The notes below the pieces were generated by a model. That model was not told where the DNA came from, ran no database searches, and saw only the letters and a program-made list of their open reading frames with translations. The position numbers were made by a program, and so were the translations under genes. A DNA stretch of 64,000 bases from Malacoraja senta (lineage: Eukaryota), in NCBI GenBank assembly GCA_038087875.1, contig CM075994.1, positions 1,428,001 through 1,492,000 on the forward strand, written 5' to 3'. Below, one piece after another: positions 28,031-42,852 of the stretch. Numbering within the stretch: the first letter of the stretch is position 1; each line of letters opens with the position of its first letter.

Positions 28031-31000
28031 GAAACAGAAACATAGAAACATAGAAAACAGGTGCAGGAGGAGGCCATTCGGCCCTTCGAGCCTGCACCGC
28101 CATTCAATATGATCATGGCTGATCATCCAACTCAATATCCTGTACCTGGCTTCTCTCCATACCCCCTGATCCCTTTAGCCACAAGGGCCACATCTAACTC
28201 CCTCTTAAATATAGCCAATGAACTGCCCTCAACTACCTTCTGTGGCAGAGAATTCCAGAGATTCACCACTCTCTGTGTGAAAAATATTTTGCTCATATCG
28301 TTCCTAAAGGATTTCCCCCTCATCCTTAAACTATGACCGCTTGTCCTGGACTTCCCCAACATCGGGAACAATCTTCCTGCATCTAGCCTTTCCAACCCCT
28401 TAAGAATGTTGTAAGTTTCTATAAGATCCCCCCTCAATCTTCTAAATTCTAGCGAGGACAAGCCGAGTCTATCCAGTCTTTCTTCATATGAAAGTCCTGA
28501 CATCCCAGGAATCAGTCTGATGAACCTTCTCTGTACTCCCTCTATGGCAAGAAAGTCTTTCCTCAGATTTGGAGACCAAAACTGTACGCAATACTCCAGG
28601 TGTGGTCTCACCAAGGCCCTGTACAACTGCAGTAGAACCTCCCCGCTCCTATACTCAAATCCTTTTGCTATGAATGCTAACATACCATTCGCTTTCTTCA
28701 CTGCCTGCTGCACCTGCATGCCTACTTTCAATGACTGGTGTACCATGACACCCAGGTCTCGTTGCATCTCCCCTTTTCCTAATCGGCCACCATTCAGATA
28801 ATAGTCTACTTTCCTGTTTTTGCCACCAAAATGGATAACCTCACATGTATCCACATTATACTGCATCTGCCATGCATTTGTCCACTCACCCAGCCTATCC
28901 AAGTCACCTTGCAGCCTCCTAGCATCCTCCTCACAGCTAACACTGCCCCCCAGCTTCGTGTCATCCGCAAACTTGGAGATGTTGCATTTAATTCCCTCGT
29001 CCAAATCATTAATATATATTGCAAATAGCTGGGGTCCCAGCACTGAGCCTTGCGGTACCCCACTAGTCACTGCCTGCCATTCTGAAAATGACCAGTTTAC
29101 TCCTACTCTTTGCTTCCTGTCTGCCAGCCAGTTCTCTATCCAAACCAATACTGAACCCCCAATACCGTGTGCTTTAAGTTTGTATACTAATCTCTTATGT
29201 AGGACCTTGTCAAAAGCTTTCTGAAAGTCCAGATATAACACATCCATTGGTTCTCCCTTATCCACTCTACTAGTTACATCCTCGAAAAATTCTATAAGAT
29301 TCGTCAGACATGATTTACCTATCATAAATCCATGCTGACTTTGTCCAATGATTTCACCACTTTCCAAATGTGCTGCTATCCCATCTTTAATAACTGACTC
29401 TAGCAGTTTCCCCACTACCGATGTTAGACTAACTGGTCTGTAATTCCCTGTTTTCTCTCTCCCTCCCTTTTTAAAAAGTGGGGTTACATTAGCTACCCTC
29501 CAATCCTCAGGAACTACTCCAGAATCTAAAGAGTTTTGAAAAATTATCACTAATGCATCCACTATTTCTGGGGCTACTTCCTTAAGTACTCTGGGATGCA
29601 GCCTATCTGGCCCTGGGGATTTATCAGCCTTTAATCCATTCAATTTACCTAACACTACTTCCCGGCTAACCTGGATTTCACTCAGTTCCTCCATCTCATT
29701 TGACCCTCGGTCCCCTGCTATTTCAGGCAGATTATTTATGTCTTCTTTAGTGAAGACAGAACCAAAGTAGTTATTCAATTGGTCTGCCATGTCCTTGTTC
29801 CCCATGATCAATTCACCTGTTTCTGACTGGATGGGACCTACATTTGTTTTAACTAATCTTTTTCTCTTCACATATCTATAACATCTTTTGCAGTCAGTTT
29901 TTATGTTCCCTGCTAGTTTTCTTTCATAATCTATTTTCCCTTTCCTAATTAAGCCCTTTGTCCTTCTCTGCAGACTCTGAATTTCTCCCAGTCCTCTGGT
30001 AGGCTACTTATTCTGGCTAATTTGTATGCTTCATCTTTTGTTTTGATACTATCCCTGATTTCCCTTGTTATCCACGGATGCACTACCTTCCCTGATTTAT
30101 TCTTTTGCCAAACTGAGATGAACAATTGTTGTAGTTCAGCCATGCAGCCTTTAAATGCCTTCCATTGCATAGCCACCGTCAACCCTTTAAGAATCAATTG
30201 CCAGTCTATCTTGGCCAATTCACGTCTCATACCCTCAAAGTTACCTTTCTTTAACTTCAGAACCCTTGTTTCTGAATTGATAATGTCACTCTCCATCCTA
30301 ATGAAGGACTCAACCATATTATGGTCACTCTTGCCCAAGGGGCCACGCACAACAAGACTGCTAACTAACCCTTCCTCATTACTCAATACCCAGTCTAGAA
30401 TAGCCTGCTCTCTCGTTGGTTCCTCTACCTGTTGGTTTAGAAAACTATCCCGCATATATTCCAAGAAATCCTCTTCCTCAGCACCCCTGCCAATTTGATA
30501 CACCCAATCTATATGTAGATTGAAGTCACCCATTATAACTGTTTTACCTTTGTTGCACGCATTTCTAATTTCCTGTTGGTGCCATCCCCAACTCCCTGTT
30601 AGGTGGCCCAACTACTACTGTTAGGGGCCTGTACACAACTCCCACTAGCGTTGTCTGCCCCTTAGTGTTTCGCAGCTCTACCCATATCGATTCCACATCC
30701 TCCAAGCTAATATCCTTCCTTCTATTGCGTTACTCTCCTCTCTAACCAGCAACGCTACCCCGCCTCCTTTTCCTTTCTGTCTATCCCTCCAGAATATTGA
30801 ATATCCTGGATGTTCTGCTCCCAGCCTTGGTCACCCTGTAGCCATGTCTCCGTGATCCCAACTATATCATAGTCATTAATAGCTATCTGCACATTCAACT
30901 CATCTACCTTATTACGAATGCTCCTTGCATTGAGACACAAAGCCTTCAGGCTTGTTTTTACAACACTCTTACCCCTTATACAATTATGTTGAAAAGTGGT

Positions 31001-32360
31001 CCTTTTTGATTTTTGCCCAGATTTGTCTGCCTGCCACTTTTACTTTTCACCTTGCTACCTATTGCTTCTACCCTCATTTACACCCCTCTGTCTCTCTGCT
31101 CACACATTTAAGAAACCCTTTCCCTTTAACTCCATCCTCGACTATCACCATTTGACACCCCACCCCCATTATTCAGTTAAAAACCACCCGTGTAGCAGTG
31201 GCAACCTGCCTGCCAGAATGCTAGTCCCCCACCTGGTAAGATGCAATCCCTCCCTTTTGTACAGTTCCCCTTTACTCCAAAACAGATCCCAGTGATCTAA
31301 AATCTAAATCCCTGCCCCTTGCACCAGTTCCTCAGCCACACATTCATGTACCATATCTCCCTGTTCCTGCTCTCGCCTGCACGAGGGAACTGGAATCAAA
31401 CAGGAGATAACAACCCTGGAGGTCCTGCTTTTCAACATTTTCCGAGCTCCTAAAGTCACGCTGCAGAATATTCATCCCCTTTTTCCGACATCGTTTGTGC
31501 CGGACATGCACTACCACTTCCGGCTGTTCACCTTGCCCTTGAGGATTTTCTGCACTCTGTCCGTGACATCCTGGATCCTGGCACCAGGAAGGCAGCACAC
31601 CATCCTCGAATCCCGTCTATTGCCGGCAAACCCCCTGTCCGTACCTCTAACAATGGAGTCTCCAACTACATGGCATTGCCTGACGTTGGCCTCTTTTGGT
31701 TTTGGCTCAACAGCCCTTTTTGCTTCGCAAGCCTGTCCGCCGCTCAGTGTAATAACGTCTTCTGTCCCGACGGCTTCTAAGTGGGTGAACCTGTTCACAA
31801 GAGGTACAACACCCGGGGACGTTGCCTTCCCATGCTTCCCTCCCTTTCTCACCGTTCACCCACCTTATCTCTTCCAGGACCTTAGGTGTAACAATCTTAC
31901 TGTAGGACTTGTCGAGGAATGACTCAGTTTCTCGGACGAACCTGAGGTCATCCACTTGCTTCTCCAGTTCCCCAACACGGTCCTTCAGGAGCTGTACCTG
32001 GATGCACTGTCTCACATTTGTAGCTGCCAGAGGCACCAGCAGTGTCCTTGACCTTCCACATACTGCAAGCATCACATTGAATCAGCTTGCCTTGACATCT
32101 CCTTCTTTCGTCTCTCCCTCTGCAGCGTTTTGTGTAGCCTCCTCCTCAGCCTCCACGCCGAAGACTCGCACTTTTCTCTCAGGGCACTTCCCTCACAAGG
32201 CCGCTTCCTAAGAGCTGTCTTGCTTATTGACTGATAAATTGCCTAATTTACCAATTCACAAACCAAATTCCTCAGTTTTAAACTGTTTTCCCCCTCTGAC
32301 TGACTTCTAACCCACCTCCCGCTCAGGGCTAGAGCCACTCAGTGTTTTCTCCTGCTTCTC
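28030..32360 (-). mobile_element. Near full-length CR1 (zinc-finger/leucine-zipper plus esterase ORF1; APE-RT ORF2)
   Basis: ORF1 VVGDSIVRG, CCLPGARIQDV (31344-32075). ORF2 CLNARSIRNK, GITETW, MGDFN, SDHN; RT frame 28132-29871 is open (579 aa). Tail (TTTCTATG)n. Confidence 0.95.
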
Positions 32361-32704
32361 TTTGTTGAGACCTGTCCCACTATAACACTGCACCACCAGT
32401 TAATGGAGTCAGGACCGTGCATAGTGTGGACGAGCCCTGGTCCCCACTATAACAACTGGACACCACCACCAGTGAATGGAGTCAGACTATGCACAGCGTG
32501 ATACTACTCACTATAACACTGCACACCACCACCACCCACCCGGGCACAAGGCCACCAGTCAGCGGCAACCTTTTGATGTCTCTGTGGCCTTTCAACAAAA
32601 GCCTGGCCTGGGTCTTCGTGGCACCCCTGCACATTACTGAACAAGATGCTGATGAGGCCACTGTTAGGAAAGTCATGTGTTCAGTTTTGGTCAGTCTGCC
32701 ATTA

Positions 32705-35700
32705 GATACATAGATACATAGATACATAGAAAATAGTTGCAGGAGTAGGCCCATTTCGGCCCTTCGAGCCTGCACCGCCATTCAATATGATCATGGCTGA
32801 TCATCCAACTCAGTATCCCGTACCTGCCTTCTCTCCATACACCCTGATCCCTTTAGCCACAAGGGCCACATCTAACTCCCCTTAAATAAAGCCAATGAAC
32901 TGGCCTCAACTACCCTCTGTGGCAGAGAGTTCCAGAGATTCACCACTCTCTGTGTGAAAAAGTTTTTCCACATCTCGGTCTTAAAGGATTTCCCCCTTAT
33001 CCTTAAGCTGTGACCCCTTGTCCTGGACTTCGCCAACATCGGGAACAATCTTCCTGCATCTAGCCTGTCCAACCCCATAAGAATTTTGTACGTTTCTATA
33101 AGATCCCTCTCAATCTCCTAAATTCTAGCGAGTATAAGCCAAGTCTATCCAGTCTTTCTTCATATGAAAGTCCTGACATCCAGGAATCAGTCTGGTGAAC
33201 CTTCTCTGCACTCCATCTATGGCTATAATGTCCTTCCTCAGATTTGGAGACCAAACTGACGCAATACTCCAGGTGTGGTCTCACCAAGACCATGTACAAC
33301 TGCAGTAGGACCTCCCTGCCCCTATACTCAAATCCTCTTGCTATGAAGGCCAACATACCATTCGCTTTTCTTCACTGCCTGCTGCACCTGCATGCCTACT
33401 TTCAATGACTGGTGTACCATGACACCCAGGTCTCGCTGCATCTCCCATTTCCTAATCGGCCACCATTTAGATAATAGTCTGCTTTCCGTTTTTGGCCACC
33501 AAAGTGGATAACCTCACATTTCTCCACATTATACTGCATCTGCCAAACATTTGCCCACTCACCCAGCCTATCCAAGTCACCTTGCAGTCCCCTAGCATCC
33601 TCCCTCCAGGCTAACACTGCCCCCCAGCTTAGTGTTATCCGCAAACCTGGAGATGTTGCTTTCAATTCCCTCGTCCAGATCATTAATATAATTTGTAAAT
33701 AGCTGGGGTCCCAGCACTGAGCCTTGGGTACCCCACTAGTCACTGCCTGGCCATTGTGAAAAGGACCCGTTTACTCCTACTCTTTTGCTTCCTGTTTGCC
33801 AGCCAGTCTCTATCCACATCAATACTGAACCCCCAATACCGTGTGATTTAAGTTGTATCCTAATCTCTTATGTGCTACCTTGTCGAAAGCCTTCTGAAGT
33901 CCAGATACAACACTCCACTGGTTCTCCCCTATCCACTCTACTAGTTACATCCTCGAAAAATTCTATAAGATTCGTCAGACACGATTTACCTTTCGTAAAT
34001 CCATGCTGACTTTGTCCAATGATTTCACCACTTTCCAAATGTCTGCTATCCCATCTTTAATAACTGACTCTAGCAGTTTCCCACTACCGATGTTAGACTA
34101 ACTGGTCTGTAATTCCCGTTTTCTCTCTTCCCTCCCTTCTTAAAAGTGGGGTTACGTTTGCTACCCTCCAATCTCATGAACTACTCCAGAATCTAAAGAG
34201 TTTTGAAAAATATCACTAATGCATCCACTATTTCTGGAGCTACTTCCTTAAGTACTCTGGGATGCAGCTATCTGGCCCTGGTGGATTTTCCGGCCTTTAA
34301 TCCATTCAATTTACCCAACACCACTTCCCGACTAACCTGGATTTCACTCAGTTCCTCCACTCCTTTGACCCGCGGCCCCCTGTTATTTCCGGCAGATTAT
34401 TTATGTCTTCCTTGGTGAAGACGGAACCAAAGTAGTTATTCAATTGGTCCGCCATATCCTTGTTCACCATGATCAATTCACCTGTTTCTGACTGCAAGGG
34501 ACCTACATTTGTTTTAACTAATCTCTTTCTCTTCACATATCTATAAAAACTTTTGCAGTCAGTTTTTATGTTCCCTGCCAGTTTCCTTTTCATAAATCTA
34601 TTTTCCCTTTCCTAATTAAGCCCTTTGTCCTCCTCTGCTGGTCTCTGAATTTCTCCCAGCCCTCTGGTATGCTGCTTTTTCTGGCTAATTTGTACGCATA
34701 TCTTTGCGTTGATACTATCCCTGATTTCCCTTGTTATCCACGGATGCACTACCTTCCCTGATTTATTCTTTTGCCAAACTGGGATGAACAATTTTTGTAG
34801 TTCATCCATGCAGTCTTTAAATGCCTTCCATTGCATATCCACCGTCAACCATTTTAGAACTAATTGCCAGTCAATCTTGGCCAATTCACGTCTCATACCC
34901 TCAAAGTTACCTTTCTTTAAGTTCAGAACCGTTGTTTCTGAATTAACAATGTCACTCTCCATCCTAATGAAGAAGTCAACCATATTATGGTCACTCTTGC
35001 CAAGGGGGCACGCACACAAGTCTGCTAACTAACCCTTCCTCATTACTCAATACCCAGTCTAGAATAGCCTGCTCTCTCGTTGGTTCCTCTACATGTTGGT
35101 TTAGATAGCTATCCCTCATACATTCCAAGAAATCCTCTTCCTCAGCACCCCTGCCAATTTGATTCACCCAATCTATATGTAGAATTGAAGTCACCCATTA
35201 TAACTGTTTTGCCTTTGTTGCACGCATTTATAATTTTCCTGTTTGATGCCATCCCCAACTTCACTGCTACTGCTAGGTGGCCTGTACACAACACCCACCC
35301 AAGCGTTTTCTGCCCCTTAGTGTTTCGCAGCTCTACCCATACCGATTCCACATCCTCCAAGCTAATGTCCTTCCTTTTCACTGCGTTAACTCCTCTCTAA
35401 CCAGCAACGCTACCCCACCTCCTTTTCCTTTCTCTCTATCCCTCCTGAATATTGAATATCCCTGGATGTTCAGCTCCCAGCCTTGGTCACCCTGGAGCCA
35501 TGTCTCCGTATCCCAACTATATCATAATCATTAATTACTATCTGCACGTTCAACTCATCCACCTTATTACGAATGCTCCTTGCATTGAGACACAAAGCCT
35601 TCAGCTTGTTTTTACAACGCTCTTACCCTTATACAATTATGTTGAAAAGTGGCTCTTTTTGATTTTTGCCCTGGATTTTGGTCTGCCTGCCACTTTACTT

Positions 35701-36830
35701 TTCACCTTGCTACCTATTGCTTCCGCCCGCATTTTACACCCTCTGTTTCTCTGCTCACCCATTTAAAAACCCCACCACCTCTTATTCTCTGTTTATTATT
35801 GTTTTATTCTTTCCCCCTACATGTTGGGTCTGAGTGCTTTCCTTCCTGCCTCCTGCCTCACACACTGTCTAATAGCATTCTCTATTGAGTCCCTCCCCCC
35901 AACCATTCTAGTTTAAAGTCTCCCCAGTAGCCTTGCAGATCTCCCCGCCAGGTATCGGTCCCCCTCAGGTTCAAGTGGCAGCCCATCCTTTTTGTACAGG
36001 TCGAACCTTCCACAAACAGAGGTCCCAATGATCCAGAAATGTGAATCCCTGCCTTCTGCACCAGTCCTTCAGCCACGCATTTATCCTCCACCTCGCTCCA
36101 TTCCTACTCTCACTGTCGCGTGGCAAGGCAGTAATCCGAGATTGTTACCTTTGCTGTCTTTCTCTTTAACTCCCCTCCTAACTCCTAAATTCTCCTTTCA
36201 GGACCTCTTCTCTTTTTTTACCTATGTCATTGGTACCTATATGTATCACGGACCTCGGGGCTCCTCTCCCTGCCCTTTCAGGGTATCTTGGACACGTTGA
36301 GACACATCACAGACCCTGGCACCAGGGAGGCAAACTACCATCCGGGTCTCCCGACTGCTCTCCACAGAGATCGCCTGTCTGACCCCCTAACTATAGAGTC
36401 CCCTATTAGTATTGCCCTCCTCTTCTTTTCCTTACCTTTCTGAGCAACAGGACCGGTCTCTATACCGGAGGCCCGGCCGCTGTCGCTACCCCCAGGTAGG
36501 CTGTCACCCCAACAGTGCTCAAACAGGAGTACTTATTGTCAAGGTGTACAGCCACCGGGGTACTCTCTAGTCCCTGCCTGTGCCCCTTGCCTCTCCAAAC
36601 CGTGATCCACTTGCCTGCCTCCTGTGGCGTTGAAGTGACCACATCCCTGTAACTCCTCTCAGATGACTTCCCTCGCTCTCCCTGACCAGACCGTAGATCA
36701 TCGAGCTGCTGCTCCAGGTTCCTAATTACGGTCCATTAGGAGCTCCATCTCGATACACCTGGCGCAGATGTGGACGTCTGGAGGGATATCAGACCCCATC
36801 ACTTCCCACATCTGACATCCAGAACATTAG
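32705..36830 (-). mobile_element. Second near full-length CR1 with many 1-bp indels
   Basis: Colinear with 28030-31300 over ORF2; esterase-type ORF1 remnant 35880-36800; tail (TATGTATC)n. Confidence 0.92.
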
Positions 36831-37530
36831 GAAAGATGTTGTTATGCTGGAAAGCGTATAGAGGAATTGAGGATGTATAGACTTGAGGGTGTGGGCTCTA
36901 GGGGGATGTTGGACAGGCTAGAGAATGTAGGAGGATGAGGGGTGATCTTATAGAGGTGTACAAGATCATGAGGAAATAGATCAGGTAGTCTTTTACCCAG
37001 AGTTAGACAATAGGTGCAGGAGTAGGCCATTTGGCCTTTCGAGCCAGCACCGCCATGGCTGATCATCCACAATCAGTATCCAGTTCCTGCCTTCTCCCAT
37101 ACCCCTTGACCCACTATCTTTAAGATGTCTATCTTAACTCTCTCTTGAAAGCATCAGAAAACCGACCTCCACAAACTCACAACTCTCTGGGTGAAAAAGT
37201 GTTTCCTCATCCCCGTTCTAAATGGCTTACCCCTTATTCTTAACGTGTGTGACCTGGTTCTGGACTCAACATCGGGAACACGTTTCCTTCCTCCAGCGTG
37301 TCCCAAACCCTTAACAAACATATATGTTTCAATGAGATCACCTCTCATCCTTCTAAACTCCATATTAAGGGAATGAAGAGCTGAGGACATGGGTTTAATG
37401 TGAGGGGAAAGATTGAACAGAACCCAAGCGGCAACGTTTTCCCACACGTGTATGAAATGAGCTACAGGAGGTAGTTGAGCAAGGAACATAACAACATGGT
37501 CAGTGGGGAAGGCTGGGCTGAAGGGCCTGT
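36830..37530. mobile_element. Cluster of short CR1 3' fragments in both orientations
   Basis: RMRGDLIE and FFTQRVV motifs (37010-37360 on minus strand; flanks on plus strand). Confidence 0.7.
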
Positions 37531-37699
37531 TATCACTCTATGAGCAGACTGATGTGTGAAATGCATGGACTTACCTCCTGCTCCTTTGTTAGGGTGATCA
37601 CCTTCTCATCACTGGGCAGGAACTGAATGTGCATCATATCATTGTGCCTCTCCCGTCCAGAAGCGGCGAACACTGGCAGATAACATGGATATACCCATG

Positions 37700-38070
37700 T
37701 AAGAGGCAAGGCAGGGAGAACATCACTGGCTGCAGAGAGCACACAGCGCGGAGTAAACACCGGGGCCAAGAGGCAAGGAAAACGTCACTGGCTGTAACAG
37801 CACACAGCACTGGGAAACGCAGGGCCAAGAGTAAGGAGAACGTCACTGGCTGTACACAGCACACAGCACTGGGCAAACGCCACCACAGCACTGGACAAAC
37901 ACCGGGGCCAAGGGGCAAGGCAGAGGACACAGCACTTGGCAAACGGCAGGGCCAAGAGGCAAGGAGAACGTCACTGGCTGTACACAGCACTGGGCAACGC
38001 CAACACAGCTCTGGGCAAATGGCAGGCCAAGAGGCAAGGCAGAGACACAGCACTGGGCAAACGCCAGGGG
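37700..38070. repeat. Intronic minisatellite next to the kinesin acceptor
   Basis: Repeated cacagcactgggcaaacg..gggccaagaggcaaggagaacgtcactggctg. Confidence 0.85.
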
Positions 38071-38087
38071 CAAGTGAATGGCCAGTT

Positions 38088-38640
38088 GAGAGATAGACCA
38101 AAATGCTGGAGAAACTCAGCGGGTGCAGCAGCATCTATGGAGCGAAGGAGATAGGCAACTTTTCGGCGCGAAACCCTTCTTCAGTTGAAGGTGGCTGGCT
38201 ACAGGACGATGGAATCCATTACTGGCTGCCGTGCCAGTAGCTCTGGTGCCCACATATAGAGCCTCTCACAACCCTCTCCCATGGCCAATGAGTCGGCTCC
38301 AGATTCAGGGACAGTTCCACCCAGCTGTTATCAGGCAACTGAACCGTCCTCTCACCAACTGGAGAGCGGTCCTGACCTCCCATTTACCTCATTGGAGACC
38401 TTTGAACTATCTTGAATTGGACGTTGTTTAGAAAGAACTGCAGATGCCGATAAAATCGAAGGAAGACAAAAAAGCTGGAGAAACTCAACGGGTGAGGCAG
38501 CATCTATGGAGGGAAGGAATTAGCGACGTTTCGGGTCGAGACCCTTCTTCAGACTGATGTCGGGGGGGGGGGGAGAAAGGAAGTTGGCGGAGACAGTAGG
38601 ACGTGGGAGAACTGGGTAATGGGAGGGGAAGGAGGGAGAA
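38088..38640 (-). mobile_element. Two Penelope pLTR fragments (38088-38185, 38427-38640) around a Rex1-like piece
   Basis: Same arm sequence as 42225-42445. Confidence 0.7.
38525..38552 (-). ncRNA. Minimal type-I hammerhead ribozyme motif (Penelope-associated)
   Basis: Minus strand reads CUGAAGA-A-GGGU(CUCG)ACCC-GAAAC-GUC: all core boxes, 4-bp stem II and a short palindromic stem III. Confidence 0.7.
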
Positions 38641-39179
38641 TTGAACTTTGTCTTGCACTGAACGTATTCCCTTTATCCTGTTTCTGTACACTGGAGACGG
38701 CTTCGATTGTAATCTCGTAGAGTCTTTTTGTGGACTGGATGAACAAAGATTGTCACTGGACATCAGTACACGTGATCACAATAATAACAAACTAAATTAT
38801 CAATGAAGACAATAGGAGGAAGATTGGAAATGTGTTGAATGTTGACAGAACAATCTTGAACAAGAGCAAGGGGATTGTTGATTGTTGACGGGGAAAACAG
38901 GATCCATGGGCAGTTGGTGGTGGAGAGAGTGAACAACTTCATCGCTGCCTGGGCCACGTACATCTCCGACCACTTGGCCTGAGGCCCGCACACTGATGCA
39001 ATCATACAGACACTTTAGCAATGCACAAGAAGGTTGAAAGATTCATAATGCAGATATAGATTCTTCCCATAACTATCCGGCCCCTCAACACTAAATTAAC
39101 GATGAACTGTCTTTGACTTCACCAAGGCCTTTAGGCTTTGTTTACACTAGTATTGGGGCTGGAAATTAATTGAATGTGT

Positions 39180-40175
<996 letters not shown>

Positions 40176-40439
40176 CTTCAGCTCCTGCACGGCGTTGTGC
40201 AATCTGCGTCTTTCCTGCTCCACGTTTGTCAGTGCCTGCTCCATATGCTGAAGCTTCTCCTCCAGACTGCCGATGAGCTTGTGTTTTTCATCCGCACAGG
40301 CAACCTTCTGGTCCAGCTACCGCTGTGTGTACACCAGTGTACTCTGGAGCAAGCAAGCATTGCCAGTCAGCAGAGTACATCCACACGCTAGGAGACAGAC
40401 CGACACCTCACGTGGACATCCCTTTACAGTGGCATGGTG

Positions 40440-40570
40440 CAAACTTTAGAGATACAGTGTGGAAACAGGCCTTCGGCCCAACTAGTCTATGCTGACCAGC
40501 AATTACCCCGTACATTAACACTATCCCTGCACACTTGGGACAATTTATTTTACCAAAGCTAATTTACCCA
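40440..40570 (-). mobile_element. HE1-like chondrichthyan SINE 3' part (also about 42715-42850)
   Basis: tttagagatacagtgtggaaacaggccttcggccca, the CR1-shared 3' end in reverse. Confidence 0.55.
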
Positions 40571-40771
40571 AGTACCCATCCCTGTGAACTTGCTCTGGAT
40601 GTGTTCTGAAATAGCCACAGCTCATCCAAAGGACAGCCACCCCTCTCCTGGACATTTCAACCCTCTCTCACTGGCCCATAAGGTTTCTGCATTCCCCACT
40701 CACCCACACGTCACACACACCTCTACCATGACTCAGGTCTTGTGTAGGATATGTGAGCCCAGACCAGATAG

Positions 40772-41804
40772 TAGGTATGTTACAAAACTTACCTTCAGTC
40801 GCGCTGTAATTCTGCCACTGGCCGTGTGCGCGATTTTGGCGCCTTTAAGGGGGGGGCGGGGTTAAAACGCGGTTTCTCCTCCTTGTCCTGAAATATTTGT
40901 TGGAGTACAAAACTTCGCTGACAAAATCGTTCCTACCGGCGATTTGTGAATTTTTTTTTTAATTAAATCGTCAATGTCAGCGCTACAGTCATTTTAAAAG
41001 CAGCTCCTGAAGCGTCAACGCCAATAACGGGGACGGATTTCACACAATGGACAGGTAAACAAAAGTGCTTTCTTTAAATGTATAAAAGTGCTTCTTAAGA
41101 AGCCTTTAATTCACATTTTGTCATGCGACACGGTGATTTATCCCCGAATTAACGGCAGTATTTTTCATGCCAATACGGGGGTTAAATTCACCGCAAATCA
41201 CGTTCCAAAAGATCGCGTTCCAGAAATTCTCACTCGCAAGATGAATTTAAATGCCCATTAATTTACAGGTATTAAACATTCAATTCCTTCCATTTGCCTG
41301 TAAATTCATGAAAATTAGATTTAAAAATTATGTTATATTGTGAATTATTGTGTGAATGTTATTTGGACACTTAGGCTATTTAAAAATGTTAACTCTATTC
41401 TAAGAAATTGATAGATGTTTAGATCTAGTAATTGAATTTTGTAATTAGCTACAATTAGGTAACTAACTAATTATATGCTTTACTTTCATGTCTTCGAAGT
41501 AAGATTGTTTCATATTTGTTCAGAATGCTTCAATCTATAATACCTGAAAATTTCTTTCAGTTACCATAATTTTTAAGAAAGTTATGGGCTTTCAACTGTC
41601 CTCGATCACAGCTTTTGTGTTAAGTCAATGGAAAAGCAATAGGGAACTAGATGCTAATTTCTGAGTATGATAATGGCCATAACTTTTTTAATACTGAAGA
41701 TATGAAAGTGAATTAAGTGTCAAATTTAAACTTCTTTTTATGCTTTATCTGATGGGATAAATTGCAGACTTATTTTTAAATCTCAAAATTTTGTAACATT
41801 GCTA
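40772..41804. mobile_element. Non-autonomous TIR DNA transposon (about 1.03 kb)
   Basis: TIRs TAGGTATGTTACAAAA / TTTTGTAACATTGCTA; CAGATAG(T) duplicated at 40765 and 41805; no ORF. Confidence 0.8.
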
Positions 41805-42224
41805 CAGATAGTGCCCAGCCAAGTGATTCTGCGGGACATGTGTCAGCTTCCCCAAATCATACTTTTACTGGGCCATAATAATAACATTCAGAAGTGCGGC
41901 TTTATCTTGGTGTCTTTCAGAGTGGTGGAGTGTTCTTTCACTTCAGTAGGTAAGCTGCTGATTTGAGCTTCCCGGAGCGGCAACACCTTCTGCAGGGCAG
42001 TGTTGTCATGTCGAAACTGATCTAGCTCTGATTCCCTGCTCTGCAGCTGAGACTCCGCTGTCCGAAACAGATATGGACAATGATCAGGTAAGGAGCAAAG
42101 CAAAACTCTGCTCATTTCATCACCAATGGAGGTAGACAATTAAACACAACGGCTTTCACTGCACCTGTGGCAATAAAGTGGTATTAATTGAATGCATGGA
42201 AGGAAGTGATTCCAAAATTATCTT

Positions 42225-42445
42225 GTTAAAGGAGGAACTGCAGATGCTGGAAAATCGAAGGTACACAAAAATGCTGGAGAAACTCAGCGGGTGCAGCAGC
42301 ATCTATGGAACGAAGGAAATAGGCAACGTTTCGGGCCGAAGATTCTGAAGAGTCTGAAGAAGGGTTTCGGCCCGAACGTTGCCTATTTCCTTCGCTCCAC
42401 AGATGCTGCTGCACCCGCTGAGTTTCTCCAGCATTTTTGTGTACC
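42225..42445 (-). mobile_element. Penelope-derived inverted-pLTR hairpin mini-element with 14-bp TSD
   Basis: About 80-bp near-perfect inverted arms (42259-42340 and 42366-42446); TCCAAAATTATCTT at 42211-42224 and 42446-42459; hammerhead-like CTGAAGAAGGGTTTCGGCCCGAAC at 42354-42377. Confidence 0.85.
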
Positions 42446-42852
42446 TCCAAAATTATCTTCATCCCCTGGTGAATGGGATGTGTAAAGGCTCAGCTTCACA
42501 AGATGAGAGCTGCAACAAGATGGGAGCCCAGGACACAGACAAACATGCTCACCAACAGCACAACAGGCAAGAACTCGTAGATGGAAGCGACCCAACAGTG
42601 GTTAGTGGGGCCGTGTGTACTGACCCTGATAGCAACTAATCTCATGTACCTGCATGCAAACTATACGCCTCCATTCCCTGCCTGTCTAGAGTTGCAGATG
42701 CCTGTCTAATCAACATAGAAAATAGATGCAGAGCAACAGGGCCTTCGGCCCACAATGTTGATCCCCAACATGATTCCAAGTTAAACTAATCTCCTCTGCC
42801 TGCACACAATCCATATCCCTCCACTCCCCGCATATCCATGCGCCCATCTCAT

